DNA from: Alphaproteobacteria bacterium
GTDB taxonomy: Bacteria > Pseudomonadota > Alphaproteobacteria > UBA828
Direction: 5' to 3'
Length of the DNA stretch: 64,000 bases
Assembly (NCBI GenBank): GCA_965220745.1
Contig: CBDCQT010000005.1
Coordinates: 224,001-288,000, forward strand
In this document: positions 43,064 through 52,318 of the stretch, piece after piece
How the letters are laid out: each line of letters begins with the position of its first letter
Numbering within the stretch: position 1 is the first letter of the stretch
The notes under the pieces: generated by a model
The model's input: only the letters and a program-made list of their open reading frames with translations
Told to the model about the DNA's origin: nothing
Database searches by the model: none
Position numbers and translations under genes: made by a program

Positions 43064-43987
43064 ATGAAGGCAGCCTACTTCGAGCAGCATGGTGGACCCG
43101 AGGTCATCCGCTACGGCGACCTGCCGGACCCGCAAGCTGGGCCGGGCGAGACCGTCGTCGACATCCACGCCGCCAGCGTCAACGGCGCGGACTGCAAGGT
43201 GTTGGCGGGCCAATACAGCCGGATCACCGACTTCCCCTATGTGCTCGGGCGCGACTTTTCGGGCGTGGTCGCATCGCTCGGAGGCGGCGTCGACGAGTTC
43301 GCGCCGGGCGATCCGGTGTTCGGCGTCTGCGAGGTGGGACAGGAAGGAGCCTACGCCGAGAAGATCGCGATGAAGGCGGCGCTGGTCGCGCCGAAGCCGG
43401 ACAGTCTGTCCCATGTGAATGCCGCAGCGCTTGCGTTGATCGGCCTGACGGCGGTGGTCTCGATCGAGGACACCCTGGCCCTTCAGCCGGGCGAAAGAAT
43501 CCTGATTCAGGGCGGGGCCGGCGGGGTCGCCGGCTTCGCCATCCAGCTTGCCAAGCACATCGGCGCGCACGTCATCGCCACGTGCAGCGCCCGCAACATC
43601 GACTATGTGCGTGGCCTTGGTGCGGACGAGGTGATCGACTACAACGCGCGGGACTTTGCGGAAGCGGTCTCGGACTGCGATGCCGTGTTCGAGACCGTGG
43701 GCGGCGACGTGGCGCAGCGCTCCTTCGCTGTGCTCAAGCCAGGGGGCCGCGCGGCGTTCATCGCCTCGGGCCCCACCGCGCCGCAGCCCGCGCGTGGCGA
43801 CGTGACCGCGCTCCGCCCCAGAGTTGGGCGCGACCGGACGCATCTGCTGCGCATCCTCGAACTGGTCGAGGCGGGCGCCGTCCGGGTGCCCGAGATTCGC
43901 ACCTTCCCGCTCGCAGATGCCGCGTCCGCGCTCGCCACCAGCGCGTCCCGCCACCTTAGAGGCAAGCTCGTCTTGAACACCCGCTGA
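43064..43987 (+). CDS. NADP-dependent MDR (quinone oxidoreductase-like) oxidoreductase
   Basis: HGGPEV, VLGRDFSGVV, GGAGGVA, GADEVIDY, GKLVL. Confidence 0.9.
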   Translation: MKAAYFEQHGGPEVIRYGDLPDPQAGPGETVVDIHAASVNGADCKVLAGQYSRITDFPYVLGRDFSGVVASLGGGVDEFAPGDPVFGVCEVGQEGAYAEKIAMKAALVAPKPDSLSHVNAAALALIGLTAVVSIEDTLALQPGERILIQGGAGGVAGFAIQLAKHIGAHVIATCSARNIDYVRGLGADEVIDYNARDFAEAVSDCDAVFETVGGDVAQRSFAVLKPGGRAAFIASGPTAPQPARGDVTALRPRVGRDRTHLLRILELVEAGAVRVPEIRTFPLADAASALATSASRHLRGKLVLNTR

Positions 43988-44003
43988 TGCCCTGATCCGG
44001 ACG

Positions 44004-44732
44004 TCACTTGCGATCGCGCCACCAGGCCTCGAAGGCGGCAAGAGTCGCCTCGTTCGGCGGGTAGGTGCCGGGCACGGGCGCGCCGTCCCGGATGCGTTCC
44101 AGGATAAACTCCTCGATCTGTTCCTGCTCGCCGGCGGCGCGGGCGACGTCGTCGGCGATGCCGCGCGGAATGACGCAGACACCGTCTGGGTCGCCGACCA
44201 GCACGTCGCCGGGGAACACCGCGACGCCACCGCAGGCGATCGGATCCTGCACGGCGGCGGCGAAATGGGCGGCCAGGCTGGCGGGCGCGGCGCTGCCGGT
44301 ACAGAAGGTCGGAAACGCGATGGCGGCGACCGCTGCCGCGTCGCGCATCGGGCCGTCGGTCACGAACGCCGCGACCCCGCGCACCATGAGCCGGGTGATC
44401 AGGATGTCTCCCAACATCCCCGCACGCTGCTCTCCCCGGCTGTCGCAAACCAGCACCTGGCCGGGCGGGCAGGCCTCGATGGCCTTGCGCTGCGGGTATT
44501 CCGGATCGGCCAGAACCTCCGGCGTGCTGAGGTCCTCGCGCATGGGAATGGTGCGCAGCGTATAAGCCTCTGCCGCAAAGCGGGCGTGCTGCGGATTGAG
44601 CGGGCGGGAGCCCTGGATGAAGGTGTGGCGCAGGCCGCGCTTGAGCAGCTGCATGGTGACCGTGGCGACGCTCACGGCGCGCAATCGCTCAAGGGTGTCG
44701 TCGGCCAGCGGCTTGTCTGATGTCGGCGGCAT
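44004..44732 (-). CDS. RraA-family / HMG-aldolase-like protein
   Basis: TLRTIPMREDL, GDIL, TDGPMRD, CGGVAVFPGDVLVGDPDG. Confidence 0.85.
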   Translation of the reverse strand: MPPTSDKPLADDTLERLRAVSVATVTMQLLKRGLRHTFIQGSRPLNPQHARFAAEAYTLRTIPMREDLSTPEVLADPEYPQRKAIEACPPGQVLVCDSRGEQRAGMLGDILITRLMVRGVAAFVTDGPMRDAAAVAAIAFPTFCTGSAAPASLAAHFAAAVQDPIACGGVAVFPGDVLVGDPDGVCVIPRGIADDVARAAGEQEQIEEFILERIRDGAPVPGTYPPNEATLAAFEAWWRDRK

Positions 44733-44852
44733 TCGTTGGCCTTTCCTCCCTGACCTTGTGGCCGGGGATTTCCCTTGTTGAGCGCCCGATTGCAGTGGAT
44801 GATGAGATCGTGCCCTCCAGCGTGCTGTCAACTCAGCTTGGAGAACACGGCG

Positions 44853-45281
44853 ATGCCCCTGGAAAATCTCAACCACGTGCTTGTGCTGACCGGGGATCTA
44901 GAGGCGACGCGGGACTTCTATGTCGATGTCCTGGGCCTTGAGGACGGCTACCGGCCGCCCTTCCCGTTCGACGGGCATTGGATCTACTTGGGCGACCGCG
45001 CGGTGGTCCATGTGGCCGAGAACAGGGACTATCTCGAAAAGCGCGATCGCGTGCAGGGCGGCTCGGCGGACAACGCCACCGGCTCGATCGATCACATCGC
45101 CTTCGAGGCCACCGGGCTCAAGGCCATGATCGCGAGGCTGGAGAACCGCGGCATCGCTGCACACCATCGCAAGGTGCCGGACCTAGACCTGCACCAGGTC
45201 TTCGTCCACGACCCGAACGGCGTTCGCATCGAATTGAACTACCCCGCAATTGAAGGAGCGGAGGTGGAGCTATCCGGCTAG
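44853..45281 (+). CDS. VOC / glyoxalase family protein
   Basis: LNHVLV, RPPFPFDGHW, IDHIAF, QVFVHDPNGVRIELN. Confidence 0.88.
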   Translation: MPLENLNHVLVLTGDLEATRDFYVDVLGLEDGYRPPFPFDGHWIYLGDRAVVHVAENRDYLEKRDRVQGGSADNATGSIDHIAFEATGLKAMIARLENRGIAAHHRKVPDLDLHQVFVHDPNGVRIELNYPAIEGAEVELSG

Positions 45282-45457
45282 GTCGGCCCGGCAATCATGG
45301 TCTGGAGGTACGACTGACCACAGCCAGCTCCGGCCGTCCGGAGTGAGTGGATCGGATTTGTGACGAGTGTACAGGTGGAAGAACAGGGGAGGCGCTTATG
45401 AAAAGGAAACCAGCACTCTGTACCCTTCGCGCATGGTGGAAAAAGGGAGATCGAACC

Positions 45458-46474
45458 ATGACACTACGACGTAAACTGCTTGCAGCGGCCTTTGTCGCGA
45501 TTCTTGCCGTGCCGGGAGTCGCCAAGGCCGAAGACAATTACCATCTCACATATCATGCAGCCTTCGGCATAGCGGCGCTCAACGAGGCGTCCCGCGTGTG
45601 GATGGACGAAATCGAGGCCCGCACCGATGGAAGGGTGACATTTACCCGGCTCTTCGGTGGGGCGCTCGGCAAGTTTGCAGGACAGCCAGACGGTCTCAGG
45701 GCGCGTTCGTTCGACGTCGGGCAGCTCTCGGCCGTGTACAATCCCGGTCTCTACCCGCGCGCGACGACGACAGTCATAACGTTTCTGACCGACAACGCAG
45801 AAGCGCACAATCTGGCGTCACACGAGTTCTTCAATACGCCGGAAGTCCAAGCAGAATTCGATGCGCTCAACCAGAAATTCATGTTCGTCGGTCAGTGGGC
45901 CAGGATCGAGATGCTGTCGTATGAACATTACAATACCATGGAGGAGCTCAGCCAAGCCAAGATTCGCGCTCACGGTGGCGCAGGCGATGCACTCGAGGCC
46001 GCCGGTATCGCGGGCTACGCGATCCCCTGGGGTGAGCTTCCGGCAGCGGCGGAGAGAAGGGTTGTCGACGCCGCCATCATGGGCGCTCCGGCAGCAGCAT
46101 ACGACTTCGGATTCGGCGACATCTTCGAATACTGGTACGCGTATATGCCGTTCTACTACTTCCCCATGACGCTGGTCATGAACAAGGAGGCCTGGGAAGA
46201 GCTGCCGGCAGATATCCAGCAGATCATCGAAGAGCTCAACGAGGAAATGGTTCCCCGAGCCCAGGCGCTGACCGTATTGCGGGACGGGGAGGCCGAGGCA
46301 AAACTGACGGAAGAGCTCGGTGTCAAGAAGGTCAGGTTCGGCGAACGCGACAAACTGGAAGCAGCCGCAGCCGGCGCCAGGGAAAACTGGAAGGCGGAAA
46401 TGGCTGACAAGGGGATCGACGGCGAAGCTCTCCTCAACAAATACTTCGAGCTGCTAAAGAAGCACGGCGGATAA
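45458..46474 (+). CDS. dctP: TRAP transporter substrate-binding protein DctP
   Basis: Signal peptide, IEARTDGRV...GGALG, KIRA, LVMNKEAWEELPADIQ. Confidence 0.88.
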   Translation: MTLRRKLLAAAFVAILAVPGVAKAEDNYHLTYHAAFGIAALNEASRVWMDEIEARTDGRVTFTRLFGGALGKFAGQPDGLRARSFDVGQLSAVYNPGLYPRATTTVITFLTDNAEAHNLASHEFFNTPEVQAEFDALNQKFMFVGQWARIEMLSYEHYNTMEELSQAKIRAHGGAGDALEAAGIAGYAIPWGELPAAAERRVVDAAIMGAPAAAYDFGFGDIFEYWYAYMPFYYFPMTLVMNKEAWEELPADIQQIIEELNEEMVPRAQALTVLRDGEAEAKLTEELGVKKVRFGERDKLEAAAAGARENWKAEMADKGIDGEALLNKYFELLKKHGG

Positions 46475-46529
46475 CCGAGAGAAGCGGATGCCTTCTTCAC
46501 AGGCTGAGTAGCATGTTGTTCAACACGTG

Positions 46530-46586
46530 CGGGAAGCATTCGGCTCTGGGGCGAGACGAATCCCCGTCGAATGCTTCCCGTTTTTT
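46530..46586 (+). terminator. intercistronic terminator-like hairpin between dctP and dctQ
   Basis: Perfect 13-bp IR cgggaagcattcg (46530-46542) / cgaatgcttcccg (46568-46580) followed by T6. Confidence 0.75.
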
Positions 46587-46686
46587 CCGAGTAGAATCGC
46601 ACGGTCGGGGCCGCGCATGGTCGACCGATCGAAGATCTTCGTGACTGGACCACGTCTGCTGCGGCACGGATCGACAAGAAGAAACA

Positions 46687-47229
46687 ATGGGCTCTAACGT
46701 GAAAAGAGCGCTATTGAGTGCCCAGAGGCACATCGAGGACATACTAACTTATGTCTCGGCTGCGGCCGTTGCAGCCATGATGGTGATCACCATAGCTGAC
46801 GTGATAGTCCGATACCTCACGCCCACGAATGTGCCAGGATCGTACGAATACGTTAGTCTATTGTTCGTATTGGTTATTTACCTCGGCCTAGCGTATGCAC
46901 AGCGCGAGAATTCTCATATCGCGATCGACGCGCTTTATAGCAGGTTGCCAAGACGCTACCGGAAATTGCTTCAGCTGTTTCAGCTGGGTACTTTTTTGAT
47001 CTTTGCCGCGGCATTGACCTGGTATACCGCGGCCGTAACCTGGGATAACTATGTCTTTGGGGATACGATCTTGGGGGCAATTTCAGTCGTAACGTGGCCG
47101 TCACGACTGACAATTTCGATAGGCTTTCTGTTCCTGTCGTTTCGCTTCCTGATTCAGCTGTTGAATTTGATAATTCTAGACAAGCTCATCGAAGAAGAGG
47201 CGCCGACTACGCTCGTCGAAGAATCTTGA
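46687..47229 (+). CDS. dctQ: TRAP small permease DctQ
   Basis: DVIVRY, GSYE, LAYAQRENSHIAID; four TM segments. Confidence 0.85.
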   Translation: MGSNVKRALLSAQRHIEDILTYVSAAAVAAMMVITIADVIVRYLTPTNVPGSYEYVSLLFVLVIYLGLAYAQRENSHIAIDALYSRLPRRYRKLLQLFQLGTFLIFAAALTWYTAAVTWDNYVFGDTILGAISVVTWPSRLTISIGFLFLSFRFLIQLLNLIILDKLIEEEAPTTLVEES

Positions 47230-48530
47230 TCGATCCAATCACCCCAATTCTCATCATCGCAGGAGTCGCGGCTCTCCTGGCACTAAGGGTGCCGGTCGGA
47301 TTTACGTTGCTCTTCATGGGTGCAATCGGTTTCGCATCCAGCCGCGGCCTCGACTCAACCCTGAACACGCTTGGCGGGCGCCTCTTCGATATCGGTTCGG
47401 GCTACTCGTTGAGTGCCGTACCGCTGTTCCTGCTGATGGGCCACATGGCCATCGCGTCCAGGGTGACGGAAGACATGTTCGGCGCCGCGCGCGCATGGGT
47501 CGGGCATTTGAGAGGCAGTCTGGTGCTGGCAACAACCTTTGCCGCCACCGGATTTGCCGCATGCTCGGGCTCGACGACGTCCACGACCGCGGTCTTCGGT
47601 CGGGTCGCTCTACCGGAAATGCTCAAGAACAACATCGATCGTCGGCTCGCCGCGGGTTGCATCGCGACCGTGGGCACGCTCGCAGGCATGATCCCTCCCA
47701 GCGTCGTTCTGATCGTCTTCGGCATCATCGCGCGGGAATCCATCCCGCGGCTCTTTATCGCCGGTATTGTCCCCGGACTTCTCACCGCCTTCTGTTTCTC
47801 CGTGATGATCTACGTACGCGTGCTCCGCAATCCCAAACTGGCGCCTCCATTGCCGCCAGCTCCGAGGTCCGAAAAACTTCGCTCTCTCAAGGACGTCTGG
47901 GCTGCTCTGCTGCTGGCCGTCGTGGTGGTTGGCGGCATCTATGCGGGCATCTTTACGCCGACTGAAGCTGGCGCCATGGGAGCGGGAGGGGCATTCCTCA
48001 TAGCGCTTTTCAGAGGGCGTCTGAGCTTCCAGGTTCTTCGTTCCGTTTTCACCGAAACGGCAAAAACGACCTCCGTGATCTTCATAATTCTGGTGGGCGC
48101 TCTGATCTTTACGTCCTACCTCGCCGTCAGTGGAACATCCTCGGCGATTACCGAAGGCATCGTCGGCATGGACGTGCACCCACGGGTGCTGTTGCTGTTG
48201 TATCTGCTTCTCATGCTCGTGCTGGGTCTCTTCATTGACCCGATCTCGGTCATGTTCCTGACAGTGCCGATCTTCCTACCGCCTCTGGCGAGGCTCGGGA
48301 TGGACCCGATCTGGATCGGCGTTCTTGTCACCAAGTCGCTCGAAATAGGCTTGATCACACCGCCCGTTGGGCTGAACGCATTCGTGCTAAAGAGTGTGTC
48401 TCCCGGCTTTAATTTCAAAGAGATTTACCACGGCATCTGGTGGTTCCTGCAGGTCGAACTCGTTGTGCTGGGAATCATATTCGCATTCCCGGAGCTGGCG
48501 CTGTGGCTTCCGAACCTCATGTATAGGTGA
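47226..48530 (+). CDS. dctM: TRAP large permease DctM
   Basis: AVPLFLLMG, GMIPPS, GIFTPTEAGA, IGLITPPVG, FPELALWLP; TTG start. Confidence 0.92.
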   Translation: MIDPITPILIIAGVAALLALRVPVGFTLLFMGAIGFASSRGLDSTLNTLGGRLFDIGSGYSLSAVPLFLLMGHMAIASRVTEDMFGAARAWVGHLRGSLVLATTFAATGFAACSGSTTSTTAVFGRVALPEMLKNNIDRRLAAGCIATVGTLAGMIPPSVVLIVFGIIARESIPRLFIAGIVPGLLTAFCFSVMIYVRVLRNPKLAPPLPPAPRSEKLRSLKDVWAALLLAVVVVGGIYAGIFTPTEAGAMGAGGAFLIALFRGRLSFQVLRSVFTETAKTTSVIFIILVGALIFTSYLAVSGTSSAITEGIVGMDVHPRVLLLLYLLLMLVLGLFIDPISVMFLTVPIFLPPLARLGMDPIWIGVLVTKSLEIGLITPPVGLNAFVLKSVSPGFNFKEIYHGIWWFLQVELVVLGIIFAFPELALWLPNLMYR

Positions 48531-48623
48531 ACGGCGAGCCCAGCGGGCGCTGGGCGCCTGAGAGATCAGATCAAGGGGTGGCGACGATAAGCGGGAGTCA
48601 GCGCATCGTCTTTGGCTGACGGA

Positions 48624-49085
48624 TCAGGGTCTCGTCACGTTCCAGGTCGCGTTAATCTTTGTGCCGGCCTGGGTGAGGATGACCGTCACCGGGCAACGCT
48701 TCTCCAGGTCTTCGCGGAGCCGCGCGATCTCGGCGTCCGAGGCCGACGTCGTGATGTTCATCGTCAGGTCGATCTCCGGGAACGGGAGCGCTGTCGGCGT
48801 CGTGTTGCGGATGCCATCGGTGTCGAAAGTGGCGTCGAGGGACATGGAAAGATCGTCGATCTCGATCTCCATCTCCTCGGCGATCAGGTGCGAAATGACG
48901 TTGAGGCAGGCAAGGAAGGAGGAGAGCATCGTCTCCAGCGGCGTGGCGCCGCTGTCGGTCCCGCCGCGTACCTCCGGCTCGTCGATGATCACGGTGTGCT
49001 GGCGTGTGCTGGCCTCGAGCCGGCAGCGGCTGGTGGCCTTGGCGTCAATGACGAAGTGATGGGTGGGCGGCAGGTCGAATGTCAC
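48624..49085 (-). CDS. OsmC/Ohr family protein
   Basis: IDEPEVRGGTDSGATPLE..LACL, KRCPV (two Cys). Confidence 0.88.
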   Translation of the reverse strand: MTFDLPPTHHFVIDAKATSRCRLEASTRQHTVIIDEPEVRGGTDSGATPLETMLSSFLACLNVISHLIAEEMEIEIDDLSMSLDATFDTDGIRNTTPTALPFPEIDLTMNITTSASDAEIARLREDLEKRCPVTVILTQAGTKINATWNVTRP

Positions 49086-49194
49086 GGGGTCCTCCCATAA
49101 GTCACGGCATGATTGCCGAGTTCCGGGCCATGTCACCACGGCGCGCCCGGCTCGGACAAGGGGCGGCCCGGGCCGATCAGGTCGCGTACGTCGG

Positions 49195-49908
49195 CTAACG
49201 CGCGCAAGCCTCGATTAGCGAGCGGAAGATACGGGCGTCGCCGGGGTCGATCGCGTATTCCGGGTGCCACTGCACGCCGATGAACCAACGGTGCGCCGGG
49301 TCCTCGATGCCCTCGATCACGCCGTCAGGAGCGAGTGCATTGACGACGAGGCCGGGCGCCGCCTCGGCGACGGCCTGGTGATGGGCGCTGTTCACCTGCA
49401 TGGCATCGCTGCCGACGATGGCCCGGAGCACGCTGTCCGCCGCCAGTGACACCGCGTGACCGGCCTCGGTGCGGGGGTTGGGCTGCTCGTGGGCCAGGGC
49501 ATCGGGCACCGCGTCCGGAATGTGCTGAATGAGGCTGCCGCCGAGCGCCACGTTCATCAGCTGCTGGCCGCCGCAGATGCCGAGGGAGGGCACCGCGCGG
49601 GCGTGCGCGGCGCGGGTAATGGCAAGCTCGAAGGCGGTGCGCCGGTCCTTGGTGGTGACGGTCTCGTGCCGTGTGGTGGCGCCGAAGAGGGCCGGGTCCA
49701 CGTCGAAGGCGCCGCCGGTGACGATGAGGCCGTTCACCGTCTCCAGATAGCGCTCCGCGAGCTCTGGCTCGTGCGGCAATGCAACCGGAATACCGCCCGC
49801 CGCAGCGACCGCCGTGCAGTAGTTCTCGCGGATCGCGTACCAGGGCTCGCCGGAATAGCCGCCGGGCGGCTCGGAATCGAGGGTGAGGCCGATGACGGGC
49901 TGCGCCAT
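49195..49908 (-). CDS. peptidase C26 / gamma-glutamyl-GABA hydrolase family
   Basis: LGICGGQQLMNV, VNSAHHQA, GVQWHPE. Confidence 0.92.
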   Translation of the reverse strand: MAQPVIGLTLDSEPPGGYSGEPWYAIRENYCTAVAAAGGIPVALPHEPELAERYLETVNGLIVTGGAFDVDPALFGATTRHETVTTKDRRTAFELAITRAAHARAVPSLGICGGQQLMNVALGGSLIQHIPDAVPDALAHEQPNPRTEAGHAVSLAADSVLRAIVGSDAMQVNSAHHQAVAEAAPGLVVNALAPDGVIEGIEDPAHRWFIGVQWHPEYAIDPGDARIFRSLIEACAR

Positions 49909-49985
49909 TTACTGAGTCTAGCGTGAACGTGTGATCGAGGGGAGACGCGCTCCCGCAGTTCAACGCATCGCGTCCGTATCCGTGG

Positions 49986-50019
49986 TTGTCAATGCAAACT
50001 AACTGGATTATGTTGACAA
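49986..50019 (+). promoter_or_regulatory. sigma70-like promoter with overlapping inverted repeat
   Basis: TTGTCA (49986) -17 nt- TATGTT (50009); TTGTCAA/TTGACAA inverted repeat with a 20-nt spacer. Confidence 0.55.
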
Positions 50020-50044
50020 AGTAGATCATTCCAGGAGAGTTAAC

Positions 50045-50530
50045 ATGGCAAGCACTCGCGTCGCGGACGAGGTATGGATCGCAACCGCGCTGCTGCACCG
50101 CCAGCACCCGGAGCAAGACGACTTCACGGTTGGGGAGATCGTCCGTCGGGCCGAGGCCGAGAACGTCACTGGCGCAGGTCGCCTGCGGCCCGGCGTGCAG
50201 GTGCACGCGTACCTGCACTGCGTCGCCAACAAGGTTCCCAATCCCGGGCGCTATCGCATGCTGGTCGAGACGACGAAGGGGCGCCGGCGTCTCTTCAGGC
50301 CCGGCGACCCCTGCCACCCGCTGCGTGCCTCGGGCAAGGATGTCCCCGACGAGCGAGGGATTCCGCCGAACTATGGGGCGCTGCTCGACTGGTATCGTCG
50401 CGAGTACGTCGGTGTGGGGGGCGGACGCGATGCCGATCCGATCCTCTCCCTGCGCGGGATGGGCAAGGCGATCTGGGCGCAAGAGGACGCGGATGCCTAC
50501 GTTAATCGGCTTCGCGAGGGTTGGCAGTGA
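50045..50530 (+). CDS. putative antitoxin of unusual architecture (uncharacterised N-domain + VapB-like C-terminal tail)
   Basis: AGGAG RBS; tail DPILSLRGMGKAIWAQEDADAYVNRLREGW; GTGA overlap with the PIN gene. Confidence 0.6.
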   Translation: MASTRVADEVWIATALLHRQHPEQDDFTVGEIVRRAEAENVTGAGRLRPGVQVHAYLHCVANKVPNPGRYRMLVETTKGRRRLFRPGDPCHPLRASGKDVPDERGIPPNYGALLDWYRREYVGVGGGRDADPILSLRGMGKAIWAQEDADAYVNRLREGWQ

Positions 50531-50949
50531 GCAAGATCTTTTGGGACACCAACCTCTTCGTGTACCTGGTGGAGGATCGAGGCGCGCGCGCCGATCAGGT
50601 GATGGCGTTACGCCAGTGGATGATGGAGCGCGAGGACGAGCTACTGACCTCCGCGCTCACCCTCGGTGAGGTTCTGGTGAAGCCCATGGAGGAGGGGGAC
50701 GAGACGCTGATGCGGCGCTACGAGCACGCGATCGGGGCAGGGGCAACCGTGCTGCCCTTCGACGAGCATGCTGCGCGGCGCTTTGCGGACATTCGCCGGG
50801 ACCGTTCGATAAAAGCGCCGGACGCTATACAGCTTGCGTGCGCCGCGGCGGCGAACGTGGACCTGTTCGTCACCAATGACGACCGTCTCAGCCGAAAGCA
50901 TGTTCAAGGCATCCAGTTCATCCAGTCGCTGGACAAGGCGACACCGTGA
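50527..50949 (+). CDS. vapC: PIN-domain (VapC-like) ribonuclease toxin
   Basis: IFWDTNLFVY, TSALTLGEV, PDAIQLACA, FVTND. Confidence 0.88.
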   Translation: MSKIFWDTNLFVYLVEDRGARADQVMALRQWMMEREDELLTSALTLGEVLVKPMEEGDETLMRRYEHAIGAGATVLPFDEHAARRFADIRRDRSIKAPDAIQLACAAAANVDLFVTNDDRLSRKHVQGIQFIQSLDKATP

Positions 50950-51401
50950 GCGCGTCGCGCTCCCCGATGGACCTTGCCATGGCGGAGGCCGAGGCGGCGC
51001 GCGACCGGGGCGAGGTGCCGGTGGGCGCGGTCGTGGTCGACGGGCGCACCGGCACGGTGCTGGCGCGGGCCGGAAACGAGGTCGAGGCGGCGCACGACCC
51101 GACGGCGCACGCTGAGATGCTGGCCATCCGTGCCGCAGCGGCTGTGCGGGGCGCGGCGCGCCTCGTCGATTGCGACATCTACGTCACGCTGGAGCCCTGC
51201 GCGATGTGCGCGCAGGCGATCGCATTCGCTCGCCTGCGCCGGCTCTACTTCGGTGCCGCCGACCCCAAGGGCGGCGGGGTGGAGCACGGCGCCCGCATCT
51301 TCCAACAGCCCACCTGCCACCATCGGCCCGAGGTCATCGGCGGCGTGCAGGAGACCCGCGCCGCTGCCCTGCTTCGCGAATTCTTCGAAGCGCGCCGATA
51401 G
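50946..51401 (+). CDS. tadA: tRNA adenosine deaminase
   Basis: GEVPVGAV, DPTAHAE, TLEPCAMC, DPKGG; start could be the ATG about 20 nt downstream. Confidence 0.9.
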   Translation: MSASRSPMDLAMAEAEAARDRGEVPVGAVVVDGRTGTVLARAGNEVEAAHDPTAHAEMLAIRAAAAVRGAARLVDCDIYVTLEPCAMCAQAIAFARLRRLYFGAADPKGGGVEHGARIFQQPTCHHRPEVIGGVQETRAAALLREFFEARR

Positions 51402-51482
51402 AGCGCGACCGTTTACCACCGACGTTGCCGGGCGGGTGCCCAAACTCTATAAGGGCCAGCCTTACAGCACGGGGGAGAACCC

Positions 51483-51905
51483 ATGGCGACCCAGCGCACC
51501 CTTTCGATCATCAAGCCCGATGCCACCCGCCGCAACCTGACGGGTGCCATCAACAAGCGCTTCGAGGAGGCCGGGCTTTCCATCGTCGCCCAGCGCCGGG
51601 TCAGGCTGACGGAGGAGCAGGCGCGCGCCTTCTATGCGGTCCACGAGGAGCGGTCCTTCTACAACGATCTCTGCGCCTACATGACTTCGGGCCCCGTGGT
51701 GGTTCAGGTGCTGCAAGGCGAGAACGCGGTCGAGGCCAACCGGACGATCATGGGGGCGACCAATCCCGCCAACGCCGACGACGGCACCATCCGTAAGGAG
51801 TTCGGCGAGTCGGTGGAGGCCAACTCCGTGCACGGCTCGGATTCGCCAGAAAACGCGGCCATCGAGATTGCATTCTTCTTCGCGGAGACCGATATCGTCG
51901 GCTGA
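51483..51905 (+). CDS. ndk: nucleoside diphosphate kinase
   Basis: [24 protein letters not shown]. Confidence 0.98.
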   Translation: MATQRTLSIIKPDATRRNLTGAINKRFEEAGLSIVAQRRVRLTEEQARAFYAVHEERSFYNDLCAYMTSGPVVVQVLQGENAVEANRTIMGATNPANADDGTIRKEFGESVEANSVHGSDSPENAAIEIAFFFAETDIVG

Positions 51906-51984
51906 GGCGACGGCATCTGTGCGCGCGGGCCTCCGTGGTATAGTGCGGGCCGGCACACGCGGCGTGCGCAGGGTGTGATGAGCG

Positions 51985-52311
51985 ATGTCGGATCAACGAA
52001 CGAGCGGTCGGCCCGGCGACGATTCTTCGGTCATCACGAAGTCGCGCAGCGAGACCAAGAAGCCCTCGATGTACAAGGTCTTGCTGCTGAATGACGACTA
52101 TACGCCGATGGAGTTCGTGGTCATCGTGCTGATGCGGTTCTTCGGGATGGACGAGCAGCGCGCGACGACGATCATGCTCCACGTGCACAGGCGGGGCGTG
52201 GGCGTCTGCGGCGTCTACTCCTACGAGGTCGCCGAGACCAAGGTGAAGCAAGTCTGCGAATTCGCGCGGCGCAACGAGCATCCGCTACAGTGCACGATGG
52301 AAAAGGAGTAG
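51985..52311 (+). CDS. clpS: Clp protease adaptor ClpS
   Basis: [24 protein letters not shown]. Confidence 0.98.
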   Translation: MSDQRTSGRPGDDSSVITKSRSETKKPSMYKVLLLNDDYTPMEFVVIVLMRFFGMDEQRATTIMLHVHRRGVGVCGVYSYEVAETKVKQVCEFARRNEHPLQCTMEKE

Positions 52312-52318
52312 CGGACGC

